Assembly (NCBI GenBank): GCA_052426225.1
Contig: JBNJNM010000013.1
Span: 1,364,001 to 1,428,000, forward strand
DNA: 64,000 nt
Reading direction: 5' to 3'
Source of the DNA: Zancudomyces culisetae HAW-14-8
Lineage: Eukaryota; Fungi; Kickxellomycota
Position 1 is the first letter of the stretch, and each line of letters begins with the position of its first letter. Shown piece by piece: positions 1 through 13,509 of the stretch. The notes beneath the pieces were generated by a model. That model was not told the origin of the DNA and did no database searches. It was given only the letters and a program-made list of their open reading frames with translations. A program made the translations under genes and the position numbers.

Positions 1-2056
1 CCTTTTCGGCAAGTGCACAGACTTTTTGGCGGTCATCGTTGGAAATGTGATCGTACTTGGCATCCTTTGACATGGCCAAGTCGGACCAGAAGTAAATGGC
101 GTCACGTAGTTCCTTGGATTTGGCTGGTCTTTTTTCGTGCTCAACAGCCCGCTCGGTGATAAGATCGCCAGTTTGCTTGAGGGCAGAGAGTTTATCGTTA
201 AAGACGGTGTATGAGCTGGATTCAGCCTCTTCTGAGTAGACCCAGTCTTCAGTATCGTTAAGTAGAGAAACATAGGAGTCCTTGGTTGAGGGGTCAACGA
301 ATGGGGCGTATTTACCATCGACCTTAGAGCGGATATCATAGATGTATTCTTCAAGTGAGTTTTTGGCGTTTTCGGCAAGAACGACTTGCAAATCGCTCTC
401 AAACATCTGGGCCTCAGCCTTCTTGTAGACATCAAGCTGGGCGGGTGAATAGCAGTGGGCAGTTTGTTCGACGGGGAGGTCGGCTTTCTTGACAAGTTTG
501 CGGACCATTCGGGTTTGTTGCATTGGTTCCTCACCCTCGGCTGGAGGAGTTTGGCTCTCAATTACTTCTTCGACTTCTTTTTCTTCAACAGAGTAAGCAG
601 AAGTGATGTTTATAACACCATTGAGATCAAGACGTGCCTTAACCTTAACGGTACTGTTTGGCTCAACCTTTGAAATGGAAAAGTCCAGCAAGTGAGGGTT
701 TGCTCCAGCAATGAGGTTTTCGACTGAAGAGTATTCGGCGGAAACTGAGAAATCGGAGCTGCGAACAAATGTTGAAAGCTTGGTTGATGGAATCTTGTTC
801 TTGCTGGGGAAGATTTCTAGCTCAACATCTTCGTCTTCGGGTACGCGATCCCACTTGAATGTGATTGGGTACGCAGCAATATCGTTGACTGCGAATTCAC
901 GAACACGGAATACTGGGGACAACATTGCACATTGGAAGGCACAACCACGAGCAACAGCCTCGTCTTGGTTCAGTGTAAAACTCAACTCCTTTTGCATCTG
1001 CTCAGAAAGACGCTTCTTAACAGCTGGGACTCTGATTGAACCACCAACGGTTTCAACAGCGTAGATATCACTGAGAGGAACGCCAGCATCAGCAAGTGCT
1101 TGTTGCAGTGGGGCATCCATTCGCTTCAAAACTGGCTCAATCAGTTCTTCAAACTCTTCACGCCTCATGGTTGCTGAAACATCAATATCTTCCATGATGC
1201 TTTCAACCGAGATGTTGGAGACTGGGTTGGCTGACAACATCTTTTTCAGCTTCTCACATCCTGCTCGTAGTCTCAGTCCAGCCTTGGCGTTGGAATCAAT
1301 GTCGATCTTGTATTTCTGGCCAAACACCTTCTTGAAGTGTTCCACCAACGCTGTATCCAAATCTCTTCCTCCACAGTTGCGTGAGTAGGCTGTCGAAAGC
1401 ACTGTAGATTCTCCCTTCTTAAACGCAACTACGGCTACTGTAAATGTACTGTATCCCATATCTACAAACACCACATTTCGTGCCTTGTCCTCTGGAAGAT
1501 CTGTCTTGGTGATTCCGTAACTCAATGCTGACGCCATATAGTCGTTCATCAATCGCAAGCAGTTCAATCCTGCAATTTCACATGCTTGCAATACACAACG
1601 TCTTTGTCTGTCTGTGTACCATCCTGGCACTGACAATACTGTGTACAAACTCTTGTTCTTCAGTTCCTTTGCTGCTGTCTCCTTCAGCTTGACCAGGTAC
1701 ATTGCGTACAACTGTGTAGCGCTGAATTTTGTTCGTTCGCCTCTGTAATCTACCTCTACTCCTACCTCTCCATCTACGTCTACTATCTTGGCTCCAAAGT
1801 ACTTGCCTTCCTCTTGGATCCCCTCTTCATCAACCGATCTGCCTATCAATCTCTTCAAACCGGTAACTGTATTTCGGAAATTTCCCATTTCCAAATTCTT
1901 TGCCATCTCTCCGATATTTCTGCTTCTTGAACCAAACGACACCATTGTTGGTGTCGTTCTGTTTGATACATCATTTGTAAGTATATCGATTCCTCTGTTA
2001 CGTGCAACAGCAACAACTGATTGCAATGTTCCTATATCAAAGCCAACGACGGACAT
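1..2056 (-). CDS. SSE1: Hsp110/Sse1 (Hsp88) family Hsp70 nucleotide-exchange chaperone, 3' end outside window
   Basis: Manual translation from ATG at 2056: MSVVGFDIGTLQSVVAVARNRGIDILTNDVSNRTTPTMVSFG..., then LKKMLSANP, TLNQDEAVARGCAFQCAMLSPVFRVREF and AKNSLEEYIYDIRSKV, all Hsp110-type motifs. Not in the ORF track, presumably because no stop lies within the window. Confidence 0.95.
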   Translation of the reverse strand, partial: MSVVGFDIGTLQSVVAVARNRGIDILTNDVSNRTTPTMVSFGSRSRNIGEMAKNLEMGNFRNTVTGLKRLIGRSVDEEGIQEEGKYFGAKIVDVDGEVGVEVDYRGERTKFSATQLYAMYLVKLKETAAKELKNKSLYTVLSVPGWYTDRQRRCVLQACEIAGLNCLRLMNDYMASALSYGITKTDLPEDKARNVVFVDMGYSTFTVAVVAFKKGESTVLSTAYSRNCGGRDLDTALVEHFKKVFGQKYKIDIDSNAKAGLRLRAGCEKLKKMLSANPVSNISVESIMEDIDVSATMRREEFEELIEPVLKRMDAPLQQALADAGVPLSDIYAVETVGGSIRVPAVKKRLSEQMQKELSFTLNQDEAVARGCAFQCAMLSPVFRVREFAVNDIAAYPITFKWDRVPEDEDVELEIFPSKNKIPSTKLSTFVRSSDFSVSAEYSSVENLIAGANPHLLDFSISKVEPNSTVKVKARLDLNGVINITSAYSVEEKEVEEVIESQTPPAEGEEPMQQTRMVRKLVKKADLPVEQTAHCYSPAQLDVYKKAEAQMFESDLQVVLAENAKNSLEEYIYDIRSKVDGKYAPFVDPSTKDSYVSLLNDTEDWVYSEEAESSSYTVFNDKLSALKQTGDLITERAVEHEKRPAKSKELRDAIYFWSDLAMSKDAKYDHISNDDRQKVCALAEK

Positions 2057-3215
2057 ATTTTAATTCTTTTACTTCTATTCTGGTTTATTTTTGCCTTGTT
2101 GGTAATGAATTTTACTAAGCTTATTTATATCGCTTTTTATTTTTATTTGCTTTTTTCCATATACCCACCTAGATGCTAAAAAAAATGAATTAGCTTTTTA
2201 AAAAAATATAAAATTTTTTTCTCAACCTGTCCAATTAAATAGTCTGTATTCGTTTATAAAAGCAAATAAATTGCCGACTTTTGTTGAGCTTTGTTGTTCT
2301 GTTTTTTGGAAATTTTTTTTATAATATTTACGTTATAAATTATCAAATAAAATCACCAATTCCCTTCCCTTATTCTCTAAAACATGCTACTTCCCCCCAT
2401 CCCCTCGTTTTGATTCAACAATTTCGCATTTTCTACCTCTTTCTATTTCTTTAGGAGCCATTTTCCAAGAGTATAAATTATAGTAAAAAAATATGGCGCC
2501 TTGTTTTTGATTTACATGAATTTATGCAATCTATTTTTCGCAACAGCACTTTTTTTCTACAAGGTTCCAAAACATTCCAAATATTTACCTCTTGATTCTC
2601 CAAAGTGTTCAGTTTTTGTTTTTGATATTCTTTTTAAAGAGTTGGATTACCTATGCTAGCTTTATTAATTTTTATTTTTTTATTATAGAAAAACACAAAT
2701 TCACCTAGGACATCAAAATATACAATTAGTACAACAATGCCTTCAAGACTGACCAAGATTTACAAAGTGCCAAAGAATCCTAAAATAATTCAATGTAACT
2801 ATACACCAGATACACCCTTTGTCCAAATAACACGCCACACTCCCTGATAACTACTCATATTGCTCTTGCTACCTTTACCACACTTATACCTTTTGACAAT
2901 AAGCTTTTACAAGTTCAAAAACCAATTCGCTCTACTAAATACCTATCTAACTAACATTGCATAACTAGAGATATGTTCATCCTTGTAAAGCATGAAACTT
3001 AGAATTGGATGTCTCTTTTTCTAACTTTGCCCAGTGTATTTCCCTTTCTAATCAAAAAATAATAACTTAATGCAAATCAGCTGAGTAAATATCATACATT
3101 TAACCATTTAGGGGTGCCCGCTTGTATTTACTTGCTACAAAGAGTTTGAACTAACTATTTAACCAATCTCTAACTGAGGTGAAAGCCAAGTAAAAAGCAA
3201 AAAATAAAGAGATAG

Positions 3216-3593
3216 CTAGAATAATGCATATGCACAAGCAAATACCACGCCTAATACTGACATACTGAAATCAACTGGTTGTGATCCACCACTAGATGGG
3301 TCTACCGAAAAAGGAGTATCAGATGCCGTCGTGGGGCCACACTTGATAGAGCGTGGATCTCTGTTTTTACCAAAAATACAACGGTACACCACTGTTCCAC
3401 TAGCATCCCTGCACTCACCACCTTTATTTATCATAGCACATGTTTCTCCTGCTCGACATGTTAACCTAGCTGTCTCTAAGTTGTAGTCACCAGTGATTCT
3501 ATACCCAGTACCATTTGGTGTTTCACACTTATTTTGGGCCCATAGCACAGATATGGATAAGACCATAAGGGGTACTACACTTAATATCTTCAT
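3216..3593 (-). CDS. Small secreted cysteine-rich protein with probable GPI-anchor signal
   Basis: 125 aa: hydrophobic N-terminal signal peptide (MKILSVVPLMVLSISVLWA), six Cys in the mature domain, a Ser/Thr/Gly linker and a hydrophobic C-terminus (SMSVLGVVFACAYALF). Confidence 0.75.
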   Translation of the reverse strand: MKILSVVPLMVLSISVLWAQNKCETPNGTGYRITGDYNLETARLTCRAGETCAMINKGGECRDASGTVVYRCIFGKNRDPRSIKCGPTTASDTPFSVDPSSGGSQPVDFSMSVLGVVFACAYALF

Positions 3594-4688
3594 TTTTTTT
3601 GACTTGTCCTTTTTGTTTGTATTTCTGGTTTGTGGGCTCTCGCGTATAAGAGTCTATTGGCAGTGTATATTTTGGTTTTTTAAAAGTAATATCTGTATCT
3701 TTAAACTGAGAATTCAACACGAAAAGACTACTAAGTATTACTTTATATGGAACAGAGAAATGAATCATTCTAACATCTTTTTAATATTTTAATATTCCAT
3801 CAAGCCTGTTCTCGAATATCTCGGATAATATTAAACACAGGAGTACACAAAATACAGGTTTCTAGGAAATATTTCTCATACACACCTTATTTTGTACTAG
3901 ATACTGCTTGAGGAGGAGAAAGTTAGGGGAGGGGAGAAACTGATTAATTATTTTTTCAATTCGTATTTTGGTACTTTATTCTACTTATTTAGGTACACAG
4001 ATGATCCTAGGCTTTTACATTGTGAAAGGTTGGGTTTCTTACAGACTTTTGATTATTTCAATTTGATATATATGACGCTTTGTAAACTAGGAGGGTGGTA
4101 TCGTACGTTTTGAAAAGCAAGCATTTTTGCTAAGCTCTGAATAGATCTTACCATCATAATATTAGATTGTTTTCGTTCTTAATTCAACTCGAGTAAATAA
4201 TAAATATATTATCCCAAGATATACCCATAAATAGAGCCATAAATAGCAGAGGTAAATGTTTATGAGGAAAAACATCCTCAAAAAAATAAATCTATCATTC
4301 CCAGATAGTAGAAAAACTGAGATAGCACAACACCGAAAATCTTTGTACCCATCAAGTGTTTTACAAACAGCTTTTCTTTTCACGACATACGTATTGGTGA
4401 ATATTTTGCTTGCTTGGCATAAGCTATATACAAGTGTATTGATGCATATTTTGTAAATGTAGAGGATTGATATTGAGTTTCCATTTTTAAAGCTAGCCAA
4501 TTTGAACCATCAAGTTACCTTTTTTTATTAAAAAAACACCCGACATTTCGTAAATACAACCTACAAGACCTGCAAAATTTTCTTGATACACACTTTGAAG
4601 CATAAAACAAATAAATAAACTAACCTGATAAGCTTTTAAGTATTATTCTAGCACAGCCAGATCTTGTAGAGTTTAGAAAACAGAAAAA

Positions 4689-6147
4689 ATGTTTAAACAC
4701 TTTACACAAAGAGCGAGGACGGTGCCTCGACTATTCCATAAACAAATGTCCTTTATGGTACCAAGACAGAGAATACCAAAATTCGAATACAAACACACGA
4801 ATTCCAGATCATATTCAAGCAACCCAGGGTTTTTAGATACCGAAGCTGGTAGATTGGCTCTGATAGTCACCGGCTCAGCTGTATGTATCAGCGTATTCGC
4901 ATATCAAGGGTACATGTTCTTTTTCGGACCGGCTACTATATATCCCAAAGAGGTGCAAAAGTTATTGCGAAAGGGCGGTGAGAGCTATTTACAGATAGGA
5001 GAAAAACGAGATCTGGAGCTAGCAGCAAAATACTATACAGAAGCTTTAGAGATTATGGATAATATAGCAACTGAAAACGAAAAAGGAAGTACTGCAAGTG
5101 GTAGCGGAAAATTTTCATCGATGAAAAGAGATGACAATAGAATAACAGGAATCGAAGCGAGAGTTGCAGAGATATATTCAACCAGCGGAGATTACGAAAA
5201 AGCTTTATACTACCTTGAGGATCTTGTGAGCAGAATATTTACCGCTGAAGAACTGGCCGAGTATACTTTGGTTGTCGAAAAATTGGTAAATTCAAGTAGT
5301 GCTTACACTAAAAAAAAATCTGCAAAGATACAGGGTGAATTGGAGAAATATATGAGAGGAATTGGTGCCATAAATAAACTGGCAGAGACTTATGAAAAGC
5401 TGGGAGACGAAAGCAAATACAAGGGGACGATATTTAACAACGATAATTTTGACTACCTTTCAGATTACAATAATGCAGAAACTCGCTATACATTTTGTTT
5501 AAACACAGTTTTGGGGGCCTATAGCAAGTATTACAGCACGATATATCAGCCCTCCAACGGCAGTGAAATGAGCGAAATTCCAAAGCTATTTGATCCAAAG
5601 ACACTTCCCAAGTTTCTATCAGCTTACACACTAACTAGCCTGCTTTACAACTGCTCGAACTTTTTCTCCAAAATCGAAAAGTACGATTTTGCATATCCAC
5701 TGTTGATCAGGTCGCTGGATTTGCTAAAACCATCTGTCGACTCCAAAAAAGAATCTGAATCGTGTAAATCTTGTGTTTTGATGACGCATCTTACCAATAT
5801 TGCTATTCTCAGAAACGATTTGTCGGATGCACAAGTTTGGATAGACAACGGCCTATCTCTTTCTAAGGAGTACCCTACGAATCCAGATTGTATTCACAGC
5901 TCTATTTCTTTGATCTACGACCAGGGCCACATATTTGAGGTACACAATATTTATATCACATTTATCATCATTTACCACCATTTAATTGATCTAACAAATA
6001 ATCATATGTATTTGAACCACATAGCTGAAAAATGATATGGTAAAAGCTAAATACTTTTACAATCAGGCCTTAGAAGCCTCTAAGATGGCAGATTATAGAC
6101 CTGGTCAGATAAATGCATCAGATGCGCTGTCTAGGATTTCAAATTAG
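4689..6147 (+). CDS. Mitochondrial single-TM TPR-repeat protein (Mgr3/TTC19-like); exons 4689-5939 and 6025-6147
   Basis: Arg-rich presequence, one TM segment (LALIVTGSAVCISVFAY) and TPR-like helices (AAKYYTEALEI, GDYEKALYYLE). An intron 5940-6024 (GT...CTAAC...ATAG) restores the frame and adds a final TPR-like helix, LKNDMVKAKYFYNQALEASK...SN*. Confidence 0.7.
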
Positions 6148-6539
6148 AGTTTACTTTATGCCGTTGCAATGCCCTTTAACCTCAGCCTAAACTTTGGCTA
6201 TATAGCCCTAGAAGTACCATTATTGGTTGTCCTTTTTTACCTTTGATAGATTAGTGTCGCGTTTAAAGGGAAAGTGATATAAAGGACGATTACTTGGTCA
6301 TCCTACTTTGCTTCGGCCGTTTCTATTGTACTGCATTCCCACTGTTTGTGAATAATTTTAATACATAATCGTTTTTATTAAAATACAAAGAACTATAAAT
6401 TTAAATAATAAAACTAAAAGCATATAAAAGTGTACAATATTAAAAGTTAATAATGTACATCATGTATTGATAATAATTTTTGAATTTCATTTGAGTAATA
6501 TTCCACAGTTGTGCTTAAAGCTGATCAAAACAAACTTTT

Positions 6540-7256
6540 CTAGACAGCATTGAGCGACCTATAGAATACTGATGAGAGTATAATGGCCTTCTGTTCAAGT
6601 GATAGTTTTGTACCCAGTTTGAGTACATTTTGCTCTGAGTCTGGGTTGGAACATGATTGTTGTTTTTCATCGCAAAATACAATCTCTATATCATTTTGGG
6701 CTTCATTTGCGGTCGATTTTTCGTCTCCGGAAACTTTTTTCTTGATAGATAATGTCGCTAGGACATCTCTTTCGTTTTCTTCGTTAGTTATTGCGATTAT
6801 ACCGCTTGTTCCTGTCTTTGGTTTAATTCTACCAAAATCCTCCATGTTAACAGCCAGGCTAAGCTTTATTGAGTGGTTGGAAAGTCCTGGTGGTTGGTAG
6901 CAATACCCAATAGTTTTTGCTTTCTTGGTACCCTGGAAACCTTTGATGACTAGTCTCTCGTTTTTTCCTGGAACACTATTTGTTATTGAAAGCACATTTT
7001 CGCCGTGTACATCTTTGACTATGTAGCTGACACCATCATCATACCCTCGTATCTTGGAGTAAAAAGATCTAGGCAGTACATCCTGTATGTACCCTACAAC
7101 ATGATCATCACGATCCAGTATTGTGTACTCTGCATCAATTGTACGCTCCAAGGGGCTTGATGCTGCGGCTTTCCGGATGTGGATATTGTGGCTATCCAAG
7201 AAATCTGAAGCATGGGTGCCTACTAAAACATTTTGGCCACTTCCTATGACTGTCAT
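6540..7256 (-). CDS. Hypothetical protein, possible phospholipid scramblase/LURP-one (tubby-C-like) family
   Basis: 238 aa ORF with repeated beta-strand/turn units (EYTILDRDDHVVGYI, YIVKDVHGENVLSI) and C-terminal LSLEQKAIILSSVF, typical of scramblase/LURP proteins. Family assignment is by motif resemblance only. Confidence 0.5.
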   Translation of the reverse strand: MTVIGSGQNVLVGTHASDFLDSHNIHIRKAAASSPLERTIDAEYTILDRDDHVVGYIQDVLPRSFYSKIRGYDDGVSYIVKDVHGENVLSITNSVPGKNERLVIKGFQGTKKAKTIGYCYQPPGLSNHSIKLSLAVNMEDFGRIKPKTGTSGIIAITNEENERDVLATLSIKKKVSGDEKSTANEAQNDIEIVFCDEKQQSCSNPDSEQNVLKLGTKLSLEQKAIILSSVFYRSLNAV

Positions 7257-10200
7257 TTTTTATTGTTCTGTGTGCTTGTTTGTTACCCTCTTTTTGCCAA
7301 GGCTAATAGATTGTGCAACAATTATAATCTAACTATATAAATAGCTTTTTGTAAATGTATGGATGTATTTTTGTAATGTTTCTCTTTGGTGATATCTTTT
7401 TTTTTTTGCGAATATGTCTTGGTATTTATAGTTTATTGATTTAGTATGATTCAAGCTGAAGGCGAAGACTGTCGTTTTTTTACATTTATTATACCAGAAC
7501 CTATTCTACTGATAAAATTGTACAATTCATCTCATTCAAATTGCTAGAATGGCGAAAAAAAAGGCTAGGAACACTAGCACTATGAAAGGTCACGACACCT
7601 TTAATAATTATTAACAATTGCAAAGCACCTTTTTTTTTTGTAGGTTATGTAAAACTTTCACGTTATTTTTCTTTATCAACTTTAAACTGTCTTTTTTGAG
7701 CAAAAAAGGCCACTTTTCTATTTTTTTGCGAATAGGCCACTTTTATTACTTTGGCATTACTACATCAAAAAATACCCCCAATAATAGCTAATTTTTTTTC
7801 ATCATTTGGCAGGTTTGGAAACCGCAATTTTGGAAAGAGTAAGAGGCCCAGTTAAAAACGTCAACTTTTAATATACCACCGAGAAAAAATAGTGGTAAAT
7901 GGTCAGGTTGGTATCCCTTTTTCTGTACAGAGCATAACACTTGACTTTTACAGCCACTTACACGATTCAAAAGTGGTCTTTAACAATCTTGATTCAATTT
8001 CCCATTCTACCCCTTAATAAAGGAATAATCCTCCCACATGAATCAATGCTTTGGTCTCAGAACGCAATTTAACGCATTTAACCTCCTTTTTTTTGTGTAG
8101 TTGTGTGTAAACTAAATATTGTTGTTTTTTTTGGAGGGAACCGGCTATTAACTGCCTTCCTGTTAAATAAAAAGGAAAATCAGGTTTTGTCTATTCACCT
8201 TGAATACTTTCCAATAACCTCAAACACATTTGAAAGAAAGCTGTTTGTTGCTCTCGACAAAACGAAATGATTGAAATGCTGATTACTGAGATTTTGAAGA
8301 TTCGACCTTGTTCACTAGCTATCTCCTTCCTCGCCGAAAAAATGTAAATCAACACCATTTTCTCCACCGAAATCTTAACAGAGGGAAAAAAAATAATGAA
8401 CAATGTGATGAAAAATTACAAATAAATGTCAAGAAACGTTGCGTAAAAGTGGTCCATGTGATCAACATGCTAATTCATTCGGCTGGAGATACTCAATTGT
8501 GTCATAATTTACCTGGCTAGTAGTCTTTTTCAGTTATGCTTTATTCTGCGTTATTTCAGTCTATTTCACCATATTTATTTTTTTTGGTATATTAAAAAAT
8601 GTGATTTCAGAGCAAAAATCCTTTATCACCTTGAGAAAAATGTGAAAATGAAAAGAAATCAGAAAATATATTAGTAAATCAAATTACCAAAATCACGCCA
8701 TTTATTTATCGATTCATAATGCGACTATTAACTGGTTTTTGTATTGAGAAAAACAAAGCATACTGCACACATACCAACATTAACAAGCAACATCATAAAC
8801 TAAGATAAAAAGACAAACGTAATATTTTCTCTAACCTGTATTACTTAAAAAACGCTATGATTGTTTGTATACAATGCGCATACGAATATATCCCATTACA
8901 GGTATATGTGGATGCATACTTCAAGCAAGCACCACATTTCTACCTTTTATTGGTGTAGAAAAGTATCTTTGGTTTTTGTATTGTAAAAGATGCGGATTTC
9001 CTGGAAACACTTACAGTACAACTGTATTCAAGGTTCTTAGTAAGGAAACCTACCTTACTACCTTTGAGAAATACAATTCCGTTATTTCCGAAAAAAAATA
9101 GTCTGTGGAGTGATTTTATCAAGAAACGGCAAATATGTTTTGCACCCAAAGTAAACTGGACCCTGGAGAGAAAATAATTCTATATTCTATATAGTGTAGC
9201 AGCATTATCTTTATCCCCAAAATTCTCCTCTTCACACAAGAGATGCAATCGTTTTTTTTTTTTGCGCCACTTTTTTTTTTGCTTGTTTGTACATTATATT
9301 CTCACTTTGGTGGTAGTTTACATTATTGTTGGTTTTTTATTATCTCTCAAATCTTCCACCATTTGTATTTATTGTGAACTAGTTAAAGGGCCTTGTATCG
9401 AATCGGTATACTTAAGAGAATATACGAATTTCATATTTGACCTATTGAAAGACCAGAGAAAATGGTTGCATATTGTATATGAGATTTGAAGTTTATATCC
9501 GACCTTATCACTCAAGATATCCTTTATACATAAAAAATTCTTGGTGCATTGTTTTTTCTTAAGTTATGGTGTGCTGATTTATATGTTGTAAAATTGAGGT
9601 TGGGCTAGGCAGTATTTGGATCGATAGGGTTATTAAGTTAAACGATTATTAAGCGTGGTAAAGGTACGGATGCAGTCATAGGTAGAGTCTTGTGCTCATA
9701 GCATTTCTCTTTTTTGTAATATATGGATCAGGTTCTTTTATTTATGGTTTGAGTTTTTATATATCAGGTGGTCTAGCTGATATTTGGAAGTCTTTTCTTT
9801 AGATAAAAAATTATAATATTGGGGATCGATTAATGGAACTACAAGTATCTATAAATATGCTCTTTGTCTGGCTCATAAACTAATTTAGTAAATATATTGC
9901 ATCAATCCAATGTATATAAATATATATGGATTTTGGTGTTGATCTTAGGATAAAGCGAATAATGGATGGTAAGGTATTATGATTAATGTGTCCAAGTATA
10001 TCCATGTGAATGAGTAAGGATGGATATGTATGGAAATTAACAATATCAGGCAGTCAGGCTAAATGAGCTCCTAACTGAAATTGAGTCTAAAAAGGCGATC
10101 TAAAAAATTTACATATAAAAACCACTTTATGAAATTGTCAAGCACATTATACATCAAGAAATTATACATGTAGGATGTTCAGTAAATAAATCATAAAGTG

Positions 10201-10754
10201 TGGATGCTTTTAATACTAATGTGTTGGTTATAAAAAGATAGTTGTGGGCCAATAAATAATTTTTGATACCAGATAAGAAAAATGCAGCTTATTTGCCCAA
10301 CATTTTAATATTTTATTTTTTCTACCAATGCAAATACCAACTAAATCTTACACAAAAATACAGAAATAAATAAATATGGGTACAGCTAGTGTTACTGCCA
10401 AGGGAAAAAAAAAGATAACACCCAAATGTGACCGTTGTAGTTTTACATGGGAAAAGAAAAAGAAAACAAAACTCTAAAATCAACAAGTTGATAGTGCGAT
10501 GAGACTTGAAAATCAAAAAAAAAGGTCAAAGAAAAAGAAATATCTAGAGATAAACGCGGGTAGGATAGAACGGAAGGCCTTGTAATGAATGATTGTGGTA
10601 GCTTTGAAGAATAGTTGCACACTGACTAGAAGAGCAAGTGTATATATCTATCTGTACTTCTATAGTGATATATGAAGGGTTTAAACTAGGATGAGAGAGC
10701 GAGCGTGTATTGATGTTTGTATGTGTGCATGTGTAAAAGTTGTTTGTGCACTGG

Positions 10755-10776
10755 TGTGTGTGTGTGTGCGTGTGCG
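10755..10776. repeat. (GT)n microsatellite
   Basis: gtgtgtgtgtgtgtgcgtgtgc. Confidence 0.8.
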
Positions 10777-11822
10777 GTGAGTATGTGCGTAAATGATAAA
10801 AAGCTGATGGAAAAATAAAAAGGTTGAAACTGTGAAACAGATAAGCTTACTGGTTCAGATTAGCTTATAAGCAACATGAATTGACCACTAGATAACAAAT
10901 TATTAGGTAATGCTATACGAGTTGAAACAAAATTGTATTTGTTTTTGTTTTTGGATTCTTTGAGTGCATACTTTTTTTGACTGTAGGTGTAGGTGTATGT
11001 GTATGTGTGTGTGGGACTTTTAATGTTAGATTGTTGCATTTTGGAATTCCAAAACACTAAGAAGCACGGTAAATAAAACGTGATTTAGATAGACAAGAAA
11101 TATTCGGAATGCAGAAGGGGGGAGTAAAGTGGGAAAGTGATAAAGTGGCACAGGTTGTGATTACTGGAGAACGGAATAGAGAAAGGGAGAGGTGATATAT
11201 GTGGAAGTCATACTGGATGAATTATGGTAATATATTATTGATAGGACCCAGATAAAGATAAACGAACATCAAACATAAAAGATATATACAGTATCTTGGA
11301 TTTAACAGCAATTATAAAAGTAGGAAAATCTCTAAGAGCTAGATAAAAATGGTTGGGACAAAGCTGATATGCAAAAAGGCCCACCACCAATTAGAAAAAA
11401 ATTTTACGGCTTCTGCGCCAGTGGTTTGGGAAGGGGAGAAGAAAAGGGGGATGTTTTAGTGGAACTACAAGTGGCCAGAGGGGGGGGGGAGGGGAGTAAA
11501 AATGGAGGTAATAGGGAAAAAAAGATTGCTTGAAAAAACGATTTGATTTCACAATCGGATAGTAAAAGGAGATTAAGCAGCATTTCGGTATTTGAGTTTC
11601 CCATTAATTAGAAAAAAATTTTTTTTGGGCCAATTACAGCAGTCTAGAATTGAACTGATTAAGAATTCGGTTATGATTAATTAGGGATAAAAAAAAAGGG
11701 TGGAAAAAAAGGAAATTGGAAGAACGAAAAAAAAAATATAAACAAACATAATAGGCTTAGTTGTGTCTTTGCATTTTATTATCCAAAAATCTTTTAAGCG
11801 ATAAAAAAAAGAGTAAACGAGA

Positions 11823-13241
11823 ATGAATGTTCTGGGAAAGGGAAAGAGCGGGTTTGGAGTAAACAAACTTAACAAGGATGTCCTTGGAAAGATCTTTGGA
11901 GCGCAAAGAGGAAAGGCCACTGAGGCAGCAGCAGCAGGGTGCTTGAAGAGCAAAATAGCCGACCTTATCCCAACCAAGAGGGAAGAAATCAAGCAGTTGA
12001 AGGCAGAATTCGGAAGCAAATCACTGGGAGACACAACAGTAGATATGGCACTTGGAGGAATGAGAGGAATTAAGGGAATGGTATGGGATACATCATTGCT
12101 TGACGCAGAGGAGGGAATCAGATTCCGTGGATACAGCATTGAGGAGATACAAAAGCTGTTGCCAACACACGTTGAAGGTGGTGAGCCAACACCCGAAGGT
12201 ATTTTGTGGTTGTTGCTTACAGGCGAGTTGCCAAACAAGGCACAAGTAAAGTCAGTAACAGAAGACTTGAACTCAAGAGCAGCAGTTCCAGAATACGTTG
12301 AAGAGATACTAGACCGCTGCCCACGCGATCTTCACCCAATGTCACAGCTGTCACTTGCACTCAACGCCTTGCAACGCGAGTCATTGTTCGCCAAGGCATA
12401 CAACGATGGAGTGAACAAGAACTTGTACTGGGAGAGTGTATATGAAGATACAATGAACGTGTTGGCCAAGTTGCCATTGGTAGCCGCAAGAATCTACCGC
12501 AATGTGTTTAAAGATGGAGTTGTAGGCAAAATCGACCAAAACGTCGACTACTCACAGAACTTTGCTAACCTGCTAGGATTTGGAGATAACGAGAAGTTTG
12601 TTGAGTTGATGCGATTGTATTTAGTAATCCACTCTGATCACGAAGGTGGAAACGTCTCAGCCCACACAACCCACTTGGTCGGATCTGCTTTGTCTGACCC
12701 ATACCTCTCGCTCGCTGCTGGTCTCAACGGGCTTGCTGGTCCACTCCACGGATTGGCCAACCAAGAAGTACTCCGCTGGATTCTGGCTATGAATGCTGAC
12801 TTGGGTGTTGAAACACCAACCAAGGACCAGATTGTCGAGTACGTGCGCAAGACTTTGAGTTCTGGCCGTGTTGTGCCAGGTTTCGGCCACGCTGTTTTGC
12901 GTAAGACCGATCCTCGCTACACTGCCCAGCGCCACTTTGCTCTCAAGCACCTCAAGGACGATCCACTGTTCATGACTGTCAGCAATATGTTTGAAGTTGT
13001 TCCAAAGGTTTTGGGCGAACAAGCCAAAATCAAGAACCCTTGGCCAAATGTTGACGCCCACTCTGGTGTCCTTCTCCGCCACTATGGCCTAGTTGAGCAA
13101 GACTACTACACTGTCTTGTTTGGTGTATCCAGAGCATTTGGTGTGCTTTCACAACTGGTTTGGGATCGTGCTTTGGGATTCCCAATTGAACGTCCAAAGA
13201 GTCTTACTGTTGATGCTATCCGCAAAATGTTTAGCAAATAA
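11823..13241 (+). CDS. CIT1: Citrate synthase, mitochondrial (eukaryotic type)
   Basis: Motifs [78 protein letters not shown]. Confidence 0.98.
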   Translation: MNVLGKGKSGFGVNKLNKDVLGKIFGAQRGKATEAAAAGCLKSKIADLIPTKREEIKQLKAEFGSKSLGDTTVDMALGGMRGIKGMVWDTSLLDAEEGIRFRGYSIEEIQKLLPTHVEGGEPTPEGILWLLLTGELPNKAQVKSVTEDLNSRAAVPEYVEEILDRCPRDLHPMSQLSLALNALQRESLFAKAYNDGVNKNLYWESVYEDTMNVLAKLPLVAARIYRNVFKDGVVGKIDQNVDYSQNFANLLGFGDNEKFVELMRLYLVIHSDHEGGNVSAHTTHLVGSALSDPYLSLAAGLNGLAGPLHGLANQEVLRWILAMNADLGVETPTKDQIVEYVRKTLSSGRVVPGFGHAVLRKTDPRYTAQRHFALKHLKDDPLFMTVSNMFEVVPKVLGEQAKIKNPWPNVDAHSGVLLRHYGLVEQDYYTVLFGVSRAFGVLSQLVWDRALGFPIERPKSLTVDAIRKMFSK

Positions 13242-13509
13242 TTTTTCTTAGACTATTTTTTTTTAAATTTTTTTTTTGGAGGGGAGGAAAAGTGAGATCA
13301 TTTTTGTTGAAAAAAATAAAAAAAAATTTTTGTTATATTCTCAAAAGTTATTAGCGAAAAAAAAAGTGGTAAATCTAGAGTAATTTATTTTTTTTTCTTG
13401 GATCAAAAGGTTGACATTTTTTACTTTACTTTTACTATATTCAAAGTAAAAAAATAGAGAAATAGGTAGAAACAAAAGGAGAAAACTATTAGGAAATATA
13501 TAAATCAAA

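Noticed and set aside
455-2063. Plus-strand ORFs of 72-117 aa over the Hsp110 gene
   Set aside because: Antisense shadows of a codon-biased Hsp70-family gene, with no independent protein features.
5940-6035. C-terminus of the 448-aa ORF (VHNIYITFIII...)
   Set aside because: Read-through into an intron with a branch point and acceptor. The true end is at 6147.
7300-11800. Numerous 60-78 aa ORFs here and in 24-36 kb and 49-54 kb
   Set aside because: F/I/K/L-rich translations expected from AT-rich DNA, many with non-ATG starts and no recognisable motifs.
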